Notes: a model not told the origin generated them from the sequence alone. DNA of 45,595 nucleotides from Adineta ricciae (GCA_905250025.1 CAJNOJ010000205.1:144292-189886); one strand, 5' to 3'; positions 33,464-44,525 are shown, numbered from the stretch's first letter. Made by a program: numbers and translations.

Positions 33464-35775
33464 TTAATGATTATATAATAATTCAATATGTGGGTTATGT
33501 TTAACTATCTCTTTAGCATATTGTTTTCCCTGATGACCAATACCATTGTTTCGAATATTCAGTGTACGAAGCGTCTGAATCAAATGATTGGTGAAGAGCA
33601 AAAGAAAAGAAAAGAGATAGTCTTTACTCGATGGTTTCGTTGAAGCGCTTTCGCTAAATGCTGCACTCCTTGTGTACTGATATGATTAGCACGCAGATCG
33701 AGTTCAGTGAGTGTCTATACGAATTAGGAACTGAACGACTGAGCACAAAAACATGGATGAAAGAATAGATATCACTTTATTTTCCTGTAGAGCAACAGCA
33801 AGGTATTCCGCTCCTTGTACACCAATATTATTGTCATCGAGATGCAGATCTTTGAGTGTCTTTAACAGAGAAAAAAATGAATAGAGTGTTATCGAAAGAA
33901 AATGTATTACTTTGTTTCGATGTAAGGCGTTGGCAAGATATTGTACGGCCTCGTCATCGATTGAATTGGATGCAATATCTAACGAAGTGAGTGCCTACGT
34001 TCCAACGGTCGGTACCGAATAAATACAGAAATGACTGAGTCGATATTTATTACTTTGTTTTGTTCGAGAGCAGCAGCGAGATATTGGGCACCCACTGGTC
34101 CAATTTGATTTCCATGCAGTTCAAGTATAGCAAGTGTCTAGACGGAATCAAATGCAGAATCAAAACTTGATGAAAACAATAGTACCTCATTACGTTGCAA
34201 TGCATCGGCCAGATGCTGTGCTCCCTGTGGTCCAATTTGGTTGTCATAAAGATCAAGTGAAATCAGTGTCTACACGAACGAAAATATTAGAAGTGATCGA
34301 AAGAGGCTAAGTCTTACTTTACTCCGTTGCAAGATATTTCCAAGATGTTGAGCTCCTGCTGGACCTATTTGATTATTGGAGATGTCAAGCGTAGTGATTG
34401 TCTGCAAGTGATTAATGAACAGTGAAATAAGAAGAAAAGCAATGAAATAGTACATTATTTTCTTGTAAACCATTGGCAAGGTGATAAAATTCTTGATCGC
34501 CAATTTGATTAGCACCACAATTCAATGTGGTCAGTGTCTGTAGGAAATAGCGAGGTAATCATTAAAATGACGAAGAGAAAGATGGTCACTTTATTTTGTT
34601 GCAGAGCATTTCCAAGATGTTCTATCCCTTCCAAACCGATATTACTTTCACGAATATTTAGAGTAGTTAGTGTCTACACATAGTTTTTTATAAAGAGAAA
34701 AGGTGAAGTGATCAGCAAACGATTACTTTGTTCTCGCGTAGAACTCTAGCAAGATGTATCATTCCTTCAGTACCGATATTATTATTTCGAAGATCAAGTG
34801 TATGGAGTGTCTATATATGAAGTGGATACATTCAGTGATATAATCGAGATCTATTACTTGATTTTCTCGCAGAGCGTCAGCAAGATGTTGTATTCCAGAC
34901 GAAGTGATATCGTTGTGTCCGACATCGAGTACTCTAAGTGTCTAAATAAAACCAGCACTAGATTAGCTTAGAAATAAAATAAGCAAATGACATTACTTTG
35001 CTATGCTGTAAGACACCGGCAAAATACTCAATTCCAAGATCATCTATTCCATTTGCATCGAGATAGAGAACAGATAGTGTCTATGTCAAGGATTGTTTAT
35101 GAAAAATGAAAAAAACGTATAGGAACACTTTACTTTATTTTGCAATAAAGCATCAGAAAGATATTGCATTCCTTGTGCATCAATTTCATTACCCGATAGA
35201 TGAAGTGCAGATAGTGTCTATATGTGCATGACGTATAAGTAAAAGAAAGGCATACAAAAAAACATTACTTTGTTTCTTTGTAGAGCATCGGCGAAATAGT
35301 TTGCTGCTTGTGAAACCATTCCATTGAAGCTGACGTTCATTGTTGTAAGTGTCTTTTATAGAACATAAATATGAGCGGTGAATTGGAAGAACAGATAAAC
35401 GCAGAATCTTGTTACTTCATTTTGTTCTAACATTTTAGCGAGTAAAGAGGCTCCTACGAGACCGATTCCATTAAAGGACAGATCCAGTGTAGTAAGATTC
35501 TGTATAAAATGTAAACCGTTGACAAGATTTTCCACTTTTTCATCGTTCAAATCTTTCCGACGAAGATCAAGTTCTGTAAGTATCTGTGAAGATTGAATAA
35601 GAATACTTTCACATAAGTACGTCAAAGAGAAATTTACTTGATATCGATGATAAGTATTTAGAATGTTGTTAAAACGTGCACAAACATTGTGCATGGAACA
35701 AATCATCGTCAAATCATCGAAATGATCGAAAATACGATAAACTAGCTCTATCGGCAATGTAAAAAATGATGCCAT
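33464..35775 (-). CDS. F-box plus RNI-type LRR protein in about 16 exons, with one LRR per exon
   Basis: The ATG at about 35775 leads into an F-box (MASFFTLPIELVYRIFDHFDDLTMICSMHNVCARFNNILNTYHRYQ) ending at the donor CAA|GTAAAT. A series of 84-nt exons follows, each encoding one 28-aa RI-type LRR (for example TLKDLHLDDNNIGVQGAEYLAVALQENK and TLTELDLRANHISTQGVQHLAKALQRNH) and separated by phase-0 introns of 50-60 bp. The last exon ends ...NPHIELLYNH* with the stop at about 33464. Individual internal exon coordinates are not listed. Confidence 0.65.
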
Positions 35776-36045
35776 TGACACCTTGCTGAAATGAAATAAG
35801 TTTTAAAGTATAATATATCAATATATCAAGAGAATAAAAACAAATATTGGTTATTTCACAACCACTTATAAAAAAAGAGGACGATAGTACATAGATGTCA
35901 TAGGACAACTGATGTATGAGTACTTTAAGAAAGTGTAGCATCATTTATCTGGCTTCAAAATTACTCAGTGAAGTGCTTTGAGAGTAGAAGTCTTCCAAGG
36001 AACATTACTCACTTGCTCTAGACGAACATTGCAGTTCCACGTCTC

Positions 36046-36424
36046 TTAAGATCCTTCAAAACAAGCGAGTGTCGGAGCAGTTGTTGTGGTTTCGTCACTT
36101 GCATCAATGAAAAGATGCGTATCTTCATTCTTTAGATAATCAGCTCCATCAGTAAGAGCAGCAATCTTCTTCGTACCGTTATCAATATAGAAGCTAAGAG
36201 GAACTGCGACAACCCGGTTCGAATCGAGAGCTTGAAGTGATTTCAGAGCTTTGACATCGTGTTCTACAGCGAATCAGAAAATGGAATGACAGTATTAGAT
36301 GGAAAACAAGCAGTTTCTCAGTGAACGATCTTTCTTTGAAGATCTTCTGGAGTCGATAACTAAGTAGAACCAAAGCTTTCCGTTCAATTAGAATCGTATC
36401 ATCATTTTGAAATATCGTTGACAT
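36046..36424 (-). CDS. Small hypothetical protein of about 113 aa in 2 exons
   Basis: The model is ATG (MSTIFQNDDTILIERKALVLLSYRLQKIFKERSFTEKLL), a 45-bp GT-AG intron, then EHDVKALKSLQALDSNRVVAVPLSFYIDNGTKKIAALTDGADYLKNEDTHLFIDASDETTTTAPTLACFEGS*. The model restores an open frame, but I recognised no homology. Confidence 0.3.
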
Positions 36425-36498
36425 CGTCAGAGATGTCTAAAGTTTGGGGAGAAGAGTTTATTTCAATATTCAATTGGAGATTTCATAAAGATCTACTT

Positions 36499-38832
36499 TC
36501 AATAACACCCCCACCCACCCTCACCCTCACCCTCAATAAGCGCTTTGAAATGTTTCAATTCGGTCAAACGCATCACGGCTGTCTTATATTCCGGATGGTT
36601 AACATCGAATACTTCCTTGTATATCTTAACCGCCATTTCGTAGTAATGTATAGCCATTGAAATATCGCCGTTTAGCGCTAGAATGGTACCCATAGTAGAA
36701 AATGTTCGAGCAAATGTTGGATGATTTGATGGATAAACACGACGTTTGATTTCCAGAGAAAAATTACAATAGTGCAATGCTTGTTCAGTATTACCTTGAT
36801 CTGCATAATACGATGCAAGATTGCTATAGAACATCCCTAGTTCTGATTCGTCAGGAGTTTGAGCGTTTTGTATACAATTGATGGCTTTTCTTGTATATTC
36901 TATGCCTTGTTCGATATTGCCCATACTATGATACACTACACCGATATTATTGTACCTTTTAGCAATACTTATGCTCATCCCTTTTTCAAATTGTTCCTCG
37001 GTTTGTAAGCTTTTTTGTAGATAATACAACGCTAATTCGTATTCTTCTTTTTTACGATAGATAACACCAATATTGCCATAAACACCAGCCAGTGCAACAT
37101 GACTGTATATGCCATTAATGGTGTATATTCGTTCTGCTTCTTTATATTGGCGAAGTGCTTCATCATATTCGCCTTTGGCGTCATATACCCCTCCAATTTC
37201 CTGATAAGCGCAGGCAATCGGTAGTTTGTTATCGGCAAATAATCCCTGAAGAATTTCAAGATTTCTTTTGCAATATTGTAATGATTTATTGTATTGTCCT
37301 AACTTCAAATAAGCTGCACCTATGCTAGAGTATAGTCTCGCTGCCATCATATCGTTATTCAAATGGCGATGTTCCACGATTTCATGCGCATGAAAATAAT
37401 TTTTAAAGGCATCATCATAATTTCCAAACCTTTCATAAGTGTCTCCAATGCGTGTTAGAGTACGCACAAATACATTCGGACCTACTGTTGGGTATTTCAA
37501 GTGAATTTCTAATGCCGTTTTGTAAAAGCTCATTGCTCGTTCATAATCTTCTTCTTGTGCATAAATTTGTCCAATGTTGTTATAAATATGGCAACAAACT
37601 GGATGCATGGAAGAACCTTCCATTATATAACAATTTAAAGCCTTTATATAGTAGTATAGACCGCGTCGATAGTTATGCTTAACACAGTTGCAAATACCAA
37701 GAACATTGTAGATTTTCCCAGGATTCTCAGTGTACTCTTCGAGTAACATAAGCAGATATTTTTCTGCTTTGCCATACGAATACGATTCATTTAGAAGTAT
37801 AGCCAATTCAAACAGTGGATCATCACAGTCCTCCAAACGGGAGTATGAATTCTTGAGGTAATCATTCAATTTCACCCTGCTCTCATCAGTTGCTGTAAGC
37901 TGTATTTTCCAAACATTGTTTTCCATTTGTTTAACAGACTGTACTACGAATAGCATGCCCATAGAGAGTAAGACTTCATTTTCGTCCGACATATGGCTTA
38001 CGTTTGAGATATCAGCTAGTGGTTTGTGCGATCGATTCACATCGATTGTGATTTCAAAAAGTACTGACTCGATTTCTGGTCGATTGGACCCATCGCCAGC
38101 AAATATGAGTGCAACATCTTGACGCTTTGTTGTAGACAAGAAAGATTTTAGCGAGATGATGGTATTTTTACTAGCTTTTAGATTATTCAACTCGCTGGCT
38201 TCCATTTGTTGACCGCGGTAAACTGTAATAACATTCGAGTTTTCCGTTTTGAATTTATTATGTAAATCACTGAGTGCATCATAAAGATCGATTACAAAAC
38301 TTCGAAACTTGAATATGATATCAATATCTTCAGTTTGAAGCGCTTTGTTTATTACTTTATGAATGAAACAATCTTGAGTGTACCACGAAATAGCCGATTG
38401 AGGTTGATATGTCTTTTCAAACCGTTCAATTTTTCTTAATTCACTGGGATCATCATGATATTGGACCCTGCATATTGTTACCATATCTTGTCTTGATCTA
38501 TCGTTTTGAGGTAGACGCCGTAGAGCTTCCAATAACATTTGATTCCACTGATAAGTTGCACAATGTGAACTCAGATCGTGGCTAGACGTAGTTTTCATTG
38601 AGAACAGCATCGGTTCCACTACAGGCATCTGCAACAACTCTATATCGCTTTTCACACGATCACATAGTTGTTTATTTAATTCATAGACTCTGTCTCGAAT
38701 CTTTGGAAAATGATGTGTCCAATTCAATTGTTCCGAATCCATATTTGAGATTTCTTTCTCAAAGCAAATATAAATGTATATCAGCTGCGGAATCTCATGA
38801 ATGAGTGGCACCAACAATTCAGCTTCACTCAA
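36499..38832 (-). CDS. Arginine-specific ADP-ribosyltransferase domain (R-S-ExE) fused to tetratricopeptide (kinesin-light-chain-type TPR) repeats
   Basis: The ART core has R in VITVYRGQQM, S-T-T in LKSFLSTTKRQDVAL and ExE in SDENEVLLSMG. More than 10 TPR units follow, for example AMSFYKTALEIHLKYPTVGPNVFVRTLTRIGDTYERFGNYDDAF. The C-terminal tail is EGEGEGGWGCY*. The ORF track begins at a TTG, and the first ATG within this ORF (MDSEQLNW...) is at about 38742. The true 5' end may lie in the next feature. Confidence 0.75.
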   Translation of the reverse strand: MSEAELLVPLIHEIPQLIYIYICFEKEISNMDSEQLNWTHHFPKIRDRVYELNKQLCDRVKSDIELLQMPVVEPMLFSMKTTSSHDLSSHCATYQWNQMLLEALRRLPQNDRSRQDMVTICRVQYHDDPSELRKIERFEKTYQPQSAISWYTQDCFIHKVINKALQTEDIDIIFKFRSFVIDLYDALSDLHNKFKTENSNVITVYRGQQMEASELNNLKASKNTIISLKSFLSTTKRQDVALIFAGDGSNRPEIESVLFEITIDVNRSHKPLADISNVSHMSDENEVLLSMGMLFVVQSVKQMENNVWKIQLTATDESRVKLNDYLKNSYSRLEDCDDPLFELAILLNESYSYGKAEKYLLMLLEEYTENPGKIYNVLGICNCVKHNYRRGLYYYIKALNCYIMEGSSMHPVCCHIYNNIGQIYAQEEDYERAMSFYKTALEIHLKYPTVGPNVFVRTLTRIGDTYERFGNYDDAFKNYFHAHEIVEHRHLNNDMMAARLYSSIGAAYLKLGQYNKSLQYCKRNLEILQGLFADNKLPIACAYQEIGGVYDAKGEYDEALRQYKEAERIYTINGIYSHVALAGVYGNIGVIYRKKEEYELALYYLQKSLQTEEQFEKGMSISIAKRYNNIGVVYHSMGNIEQGIEYTRKAINCIQNAQTPDESELGMFYSNLASYYADQGNTEQALHYCNFSLEIKRRVYPSNHPTFARTFSTMGTILALNGDISMAIHYYEMAVKIYKEVFDVNHPEYKTAVMRLTELKHFKALIEGEGEGGWGCY

Positions 38833-38840
38833 GAATACAA

Positions 38841-39158
38841 TTAAAAAACTTTTTCATACTTAAACGAAGAAATAAAATCAACGCATTCATCAACATCGCG
38901 AAACTTTTCGTAGTACGAATAGTCACCATCAAACGTGAATAGCACATTGAGTTGCGTTTCAATACTTACTATATGATTGACATTAAGAAAGACAATTACA
39001 AAGTCATCAGAATTAGATGGTGTTGCCATAATTTCAAAGGCAATCTGTTCATTACATAGCTGCACAGTACGAACACGCGGATTAGCAGCAAAAGGGCCAT
39101 ATACATCAATCATATCAATAGTCGCAGGACGTTCATTTCGTTGCAGAAATTCAGACAT
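38841..39158 (-). CDS. Possible 5' exon or N-terminal extension of the ART-TPR gene, 105 aa, starting at an ATG
   Basis: The ORF (MSEFLQRNERPATIDMIDVYGPFAANPRVRTVQLCNEQIAFEIMATPSNSDDF...KYEKVF*) is protein-like and ends 9 nt before the TTG-initiated ART-TPR ORF. Removing a 32-nt GTATGA...CTTGAG segment joins the two in frame (...SFN|EAELLVPLIHEIPQL...). That would be an unusually short intron. Confidence 0.35.
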   Translation of the reverse strand: MSEFLQRNERPATIDMIDVYGPFAANPRVRTVQLCNEQIAFEIMATPSNSDDFVIVFLNVNHIVSIETQLNVLFTFDGDYSYYEKFRDVDECVDFISSFKYEKVF

Positions 39159-40287
39159 TTTATATGAACATCAAATCTAAAAGGACCTATTCAAAAATGT
39201 AGTGATCTGAAATTATAGAAATACCATCTCGTATCAATCTAATTAGCGGGATGAGAATATACACACCCTTATCTTCACCCAAGACCGTTCGGAAGCTTTA
39301 TCAAGAATTTGCTTATAAGCAGAACAAAAAAAACAATTTACTTGACCAAATACAGCGTAAAAGTAGTGACTGAATTCATCATTCTTTCTTTTCTATTTAT
39401 GATACATCGGTGATAAATCGCTATTCATCTATTGCGTTGTCGATAAGTGATAAGAGGAGAAATTCGAAGAACAAAACAATATTGTCAAGTTGGAAAAAAA
39501 AACATCGTTGACACCCATAGATTTCGTTACGTATTCAATGTTGCCCTAGCCTGATCAAAATCAGATAGATTAATGCTGGAAACTTATTGTGCCAAATAAG
39601 AACACTGAGAAATCAAGCTCTTGAAAACAGTTGCGCTGTGAAAGAAATTGTATAGACACCATTCCTGCATTCAACATATGATGTAGCTTGCAATTCAGGT
39701 TTCCTAACCCTAATGTGGATATTGCCAAAGAAGAATTCGAACAAATGCAAATCAGTAGTAATAGTTCTATTCCGATTCATAGGTTTTTCCTAAACTAACC
39801 AGCCGCCTCGAAGAAAATATGCACAATGTCACCGTGCAATCGCCTCTTACTATGACGAGAAGCGTTGCATACTATTCTATATTAAGATTAATCCAATTTT
39901 GAGATCCAAAGAGATTTGTGGATATGACTGTGAGCGACTATCAGAGAGTCTCTCACATGACGCTGCATCTTTTATAAATCTGAATTTCTTCGTACAATAA
40001 CTACATCATACAATAAACGTGTGCTGACGACATGTTTGCTTGCCTATGACATCGAGACAGAATCATTTTCACAATCCACGTGCAATGTTACGCAAGACCA
40101 TACTCACATTCTTATGTGTAACAGAACGGACGTTTTTATTTCATGCTCAAAGGAAAACGGCACTTATTTCGCAATTAAACTGTAACAACGTACGTAAATC
40201 AGGTCCCTATTTCCCTTTGCCTATATATGACCTACTGTCCTCAACAATTGTTTGACAGATTTTTTAAATTTCATTTTGAATTAATAG

Positions 40288-40881
40288 ATGGCTGAATCGC
40301 ATGTGTTTAAGACAACTACAGTGGATGAACATAGTGACGCTGAAGACGCTTCATTTTCAACTGGATCTTCAAGACCTAGTCGTGCAAATATTGCCAAGGA
40401 TACTCTTGAAAAACTCAAAGCTGGCTGGTATGAATCACCTGATGGCACCAAAATCGTCCTTGAAGATGATGTCACATTCTCTAATCAACAGAGTATTTTA
40501 TATACCGAAGACGATCTCCAAAATACAAAACAACTGAATGCAAACTTAGACGAAACAAATCCTACACGTCTAACTTCCGATAGTTCTCAAACCAAAATAG
40601 AAACTCGACTTTGCTCAACATTAGAAGCAGCCAGGTCACTCGTTGCTGAGGTAGGCGAAGATCACGTCGGAGTGTTGAATTTCGCTTCAGCTAAAAATCC
40701 TGGTGGTGGCTTCCTCGGTGGCGCACAAGCACAAGAAGAATCTATTGCTCGCTCTTCGTCACTTTACATGGCTATTACACAAGATCAATTCATGGATGGA
40801 TTCTATAGTTATCATCGACATGGTGAACGAGGTGTCTACAGCCACCGAATGATCTATTCTCCACGAATAACTATTTTTCGA
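40288..40881 (+). CDS. Microbial-type PARG-like macrodomain protein (TIGR02452/DUF2263 type), exon 1
   Basis: The ATG at 40288 starts an exon containing the diagnostic ...VGVLNFASAKNPGGGFLGGAQAQEESIARSSSLY motif (PGGGF...QEE), which is the ADP-ribose-binding and catalytic signature of bacterial-type poly(ADP-ribose) glycohydrolases. The donor is CGA|GTATGT. Confidence 0.7.
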
Positions 40882-40946
40882 GTATGTTAACAAGATCAGA
40901 ACTTTCTTTGGTTTATATCATATCGTTTTTTTTATTGTCTTTACAG

Positions 40947-41411
40947 AACGACAATGGATATCTATTACCGTTACCGTATCATGTAGGCATTATTACTTGT
41001 CCTGCCCCTAATGCAGGAGTAATTAATGATCGAATAGACAGTCGAAATCTAATGAGCGAACGTATTAAGCGTGTACTATACGTTTTTAAAGCGCATAAAC
41101 ACGACACACTTCTATTAGGGGCCTTCGGCTGTGGTGTATTCAAGAATAATCCATATGACGTTGCTCTAGTCTTTCGAGAACAATTAGAATCGAACTTATA
41201 CAAAAACTCATTCAAACGCATTGTTTTCGCAATTACAAACCCTGCAATGTATCAAATATTCAAACAAGTCTTCGATTCTCCCAATCTACACGAGCTACAA
41301 CAACAAATGGCATTAATGACTTTCAATCAGAACAAGAAAAAACATTCGTCAGATAAAAATCGAAAACAGCAGAGAAAAGAACGACGTCAACAAAAGTATC
41401 AGAACGATTAA
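40947..41411 (+). CDS. Microbial-type PARG-like macrodomain protein, exon 2
   Basis: A 65-bp intron ends at TTTACAG. The exon reads NDNGYLLPLPYHVGIITCPAPNAG...LLLGAFGCGVFKNNPYDVALVF... and ends in a basic Lys/Arg/Gln-rich tail (KKKHSSDKNRKQQRKERRQQKYQND*). Phase 0 agrees with both ORF-track frames. Confidence 0.7.
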   Translation, partial: NDNGYLLPLPYHVGIITCPAPNAGVINDRIDSRNLMSERIKRVLYVFKAHKHDTLLLGAFGCGVFKNNPYDVALVFREQLESNLYKNSFKRIVFAITNPAMYQIFKQVFDSPNLHELQQQMALMTFNQNKKKHSSDKNRKQQRKERRQQKYQND

Positions 41412-41498
41412 ACACAATGTTTATTCAAACGAATGTATATCCATCATCCATACTCGATTAAATTAAACAGTTACTAACATTCGATTCACTGGATTCTT

Positions 41499-42377
41499 CT
41501 ATATTTTCACTCTAATGAAATTATTGAGAACATCCTTAACTTTCTTATTCATGAACACTGAAATAGTTATCATTATGGTCGCAGATAAGACTAAAAAGTT
41601 GAGCGAAATAAAATATAATTCATCCGGAGGACGTTGACTGTTGTTCAAATTCCAAAAACAAAGGATTAAATAAGGAGTCGCACCGCACGCCAGTATACTC
41701 AGAAGTATTAGAAGTTGTTGCAAGATCTTCAAATTTCGTTTGGCATTTCGATATGAAGGAGTTCTATCAATATTTGGCGACACTTTCGCTACTACCAAAC
41801 GAATCTGATAGAGAATAATACCATAGATATATATTACGCCGATAGTTGGCAACATAGATGACGTGGTGAGAGTATAGAGTGGCATAGCCTTTGTTTTCAT
41901 TGTAATCATACACATTCGATCGCCCTCGACTAAACCGAAACCATTTTCATAGAAAAATGGGACAATGGCGATGAGAAACGATACCACATATTTAACAGTT
42001 ATCAATATCCAATGTGTTCGCCATGTAAGCCAAGTTCGATTGTTATAAAAACGCGTAAAAAACAATCGACTGATCGATTGAATAAAGAACGAATACGAAG
42101 CAGACGTTATTGTTACGTCCAAAAGATAAGCTCGTAGGGTACACAGCGGTTGATTTTCTGACCAATTTTGACGTGTGCCATAATAACACCCAGTAAAATG
42201 TAACGAATAGAAGCACAGCGCAGTAAAGCACAACTCACACAGAAGTAAATTTGTTACTGTATGAGATTTTCGATGAAAACTTATGATAACGATCAATAAA
42301 AGACTGAATATGAAGCCAATGCACGCAACCACAATCATAAATATGAAGTTCACTGCAAAAAACAGCTCTGTCAGCAT
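41499..42377 (-). CDS. 7TM receptor (GPCR-like), single exon, 292 aa
   Basis: The ORF starts at a true ATG and has seven hydrophobic helices (FIFMIVVACIGFIFSLLLIVIISF and others). It is convergent with the PARG-like gene, and their stops are 88 bp apart. Confidence 0.6.
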   Translation of the reverse strand: MLTELFFAVNFIFMIVVACIGFIFSLLLIVIISFHRKSHTVTNLLLCELCFTALCFYSLHFTGCYYGTRQNWSENQPLCTLRAYLLDVTITSASYSFFIQSISRLFFTRFYNNRTWLTWRTHWILITVKYVVSFLIAIVPFFYENGFGLVEGDRMCMITMKTKAMPLYTLTTSSMLPTIGVIYIYGIILYQIRLVVAKVSPNIDRTPSYRNAKRNLKILQQLLILLSILACGATPYLILCFWNLNNSQRPPDELYFISLNFLVLSATIMITISVFMNKKVKDVLNNFIRVKI

Positions 42378-44525
42378 TTCTATTCGCCTTTCTACAACTA
42401 TAGTTCAGCAGAAAAAACGATTAAATGATCATTTTTTTCACTTTTATAATGTGCTTGAGTGCATTTATTGAAATATTATGAATGTAGGCATGTGTACTTA
42501 TTTTGTAGCGAACTTATCCACAGTTTCATGCCAATGCCCATAATGCAAACGTCATGAAATGTAGGTCACTGAAACATTATTCACGCTTCTATTGTTCTGC
42601 GTGTCAAAAGCACGCTATCGAACGAATAATATTAGAAGATAAAAATCCGTTTGTTTGTCGAACGACTAATCTTGACATGTTTCAGCCATCTGCAACAGAA
42701 ACATTACCTGTGACTTTTACACAAATTAGTGATCGAGTGATTTTCAAATCGTTACCGAAGAATTAAACATTGTAATGTGACGGTGATGATGAGCGCGTGA
42801 TGTTTCTTTATCAACTATGCAAAAAATCATGCTCATAAAACGAACTAAAGAAAAGTGTCTATAATCTCGAAATATTTCCCCTTTCATAATGAATACGATT
42901 AACGTAGCATTAAAAGCAAAAGAATATTTAAGTGTATATTCGATTCGAATATCCATATCGCTGGAATTAGCACGTATTTACCCTCGACAAAAGAATAGCT
43001 TTTCTAATTTGTTGCTCCATTTCGGCATGAATCCGCAGGACACAAATGGAAAAAGGCATATGGTGTAAATAACAAGAAGTATATACTGTCAAAATAAAAG
43101 CTAGTTAAGCGTTCTGTTACCAGATTGCTCGTGGAAAATTGAAAATTAAGTACGGAAACGAGATAGATAACAGCTGAATGGTCATTTTACGTTGTTTTCG
43201 CTATTGAATTGCGCGATTCAATCGTGTTTTTTGCCAGATGACACGAAACTACAGAGCACTACTGAGAATAATCACAATAAATGTAGCTATGATTTGATGG
43301 CGTCATCGTACGATGGAAATAGAACGTACGCAAGAATAAAAATTTATAGGAAGGTAATGAACGAAAAAGCGCTTCTTCCTCGTTGATATCCGTGTTTGAT
43401 AAAATGTAAGAATGTGATGCCGCTCAACTGATGCCCACGCAAAGCCAACTAATTGTGCTAGGTGGCATAGAGTATTCGAAGTCACATAGAGCCGAAATCG
43501 TACCGACAAAGAAATTGATGTAGAAGTCTCCATTGCGTTAAATCTGCTGTTGAATATATTCTTTGGATTTGACTTCTGAACAAAAATTCAAATAAGTTGG
43601 GTGTTCTCTGTCTGCAAAAAGATCTTCCCAGGCAAATTGATTAGTTTCTATGTAATTACCATTATATCACGCGGTCTACGCACGACTTCGTTGAAACAAG
43701 CTTGATGGACAATTATCTTCATGCTTTGTGAGAATATTGACGGATGAAGAACTTCTATGAAATAAATATATCAAACGTCATTTGCACTCAACACATCTGC
43801 GCAATAAGTTTGTCAATCAAACTTTTGTAAAATTCTATCAAAGTTCTTTTTCTACAAATTTTTTATCATAACACAAACATTGTCAGAATTACCAAACACC
43901 ACGCCTTTCCATTAGAATTAAGCTTTGTATGATTTACAACGATGACAATTAAGAAACCACGGGTATACATCGCTTGTACAAGAGGGATACTCGATCCATA
44001 CAGTTACTTCCTGTCCGTTATAGAACACCCATGTTCTTGTTAATCTGCCACCACTAATCTTCTTTTCGAATAACTTCAACATCGACGATGTGACGTACAG
44101 ATAAAGAATTGAAGATTCTCGGCACTAATTAACTTGCGATCGAACATATAATGACCGTTAATTCACCAAGAAAACATAGTAAACTATCGGTAGACAATCA
44201 AATCAACATAGAAATCTGTTTTGGCATCAAGTGCTACAATGAGGGTGTAGGTGTGATTTTACAACTGAACGGCTTTGCCAGTGCTTATTATCACTAATAA
44301 TATGGCTAACTCCTACCAACTATTTTGCAAACAAACGCGAATTAGTATCTTTTAGTGTTTAGCTTCTAAAACTGCCATCCTAACAAATAATTCTCCTTGC
44401 ATTTAATATTTTAGTTTGATAGATACTAATAAATTTTACTACATTAAGAAAATGTTTTCACTCCGAGTACATGTGTGATTTTTATTATATACTCGACAAC
44501 ATTTAGAAAGTTATGTAGTTTTAAT

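Noticed and set aside
33464-35775. On the plus strand the LRR region is punctuated by perfect-looking GTGAGT...CCTGTAG donor/acceptor pairs, suggesting a plus-strand multi-exon gene
   Set aside because: Plus-strand translation between these signals gives no repeat structure or long ORF. The minus strand gives canonical 28-aa RI-type LRRs with its own GT-AG introns. The plus-strand look-alikes arise because ACACTCAC (T-L-T) and CTACAG (L-Q) recur at exon ends.
36505-36535. (CCCTCA)3 with flanking C-runs, which resembles an interstitial telomere-like repeat
   Set aside because: It lies inside the ART-TPR ORF and encodes its C-terminal tail ...EGEGEGGWGCY* in frame. There are only three units.
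39700-39720. cctaaccctaa, two copies of the CCCTAA telomeric hexamer
   Set aside because: Two units are within chance expectation in AT-rich DNA, and there is no array.
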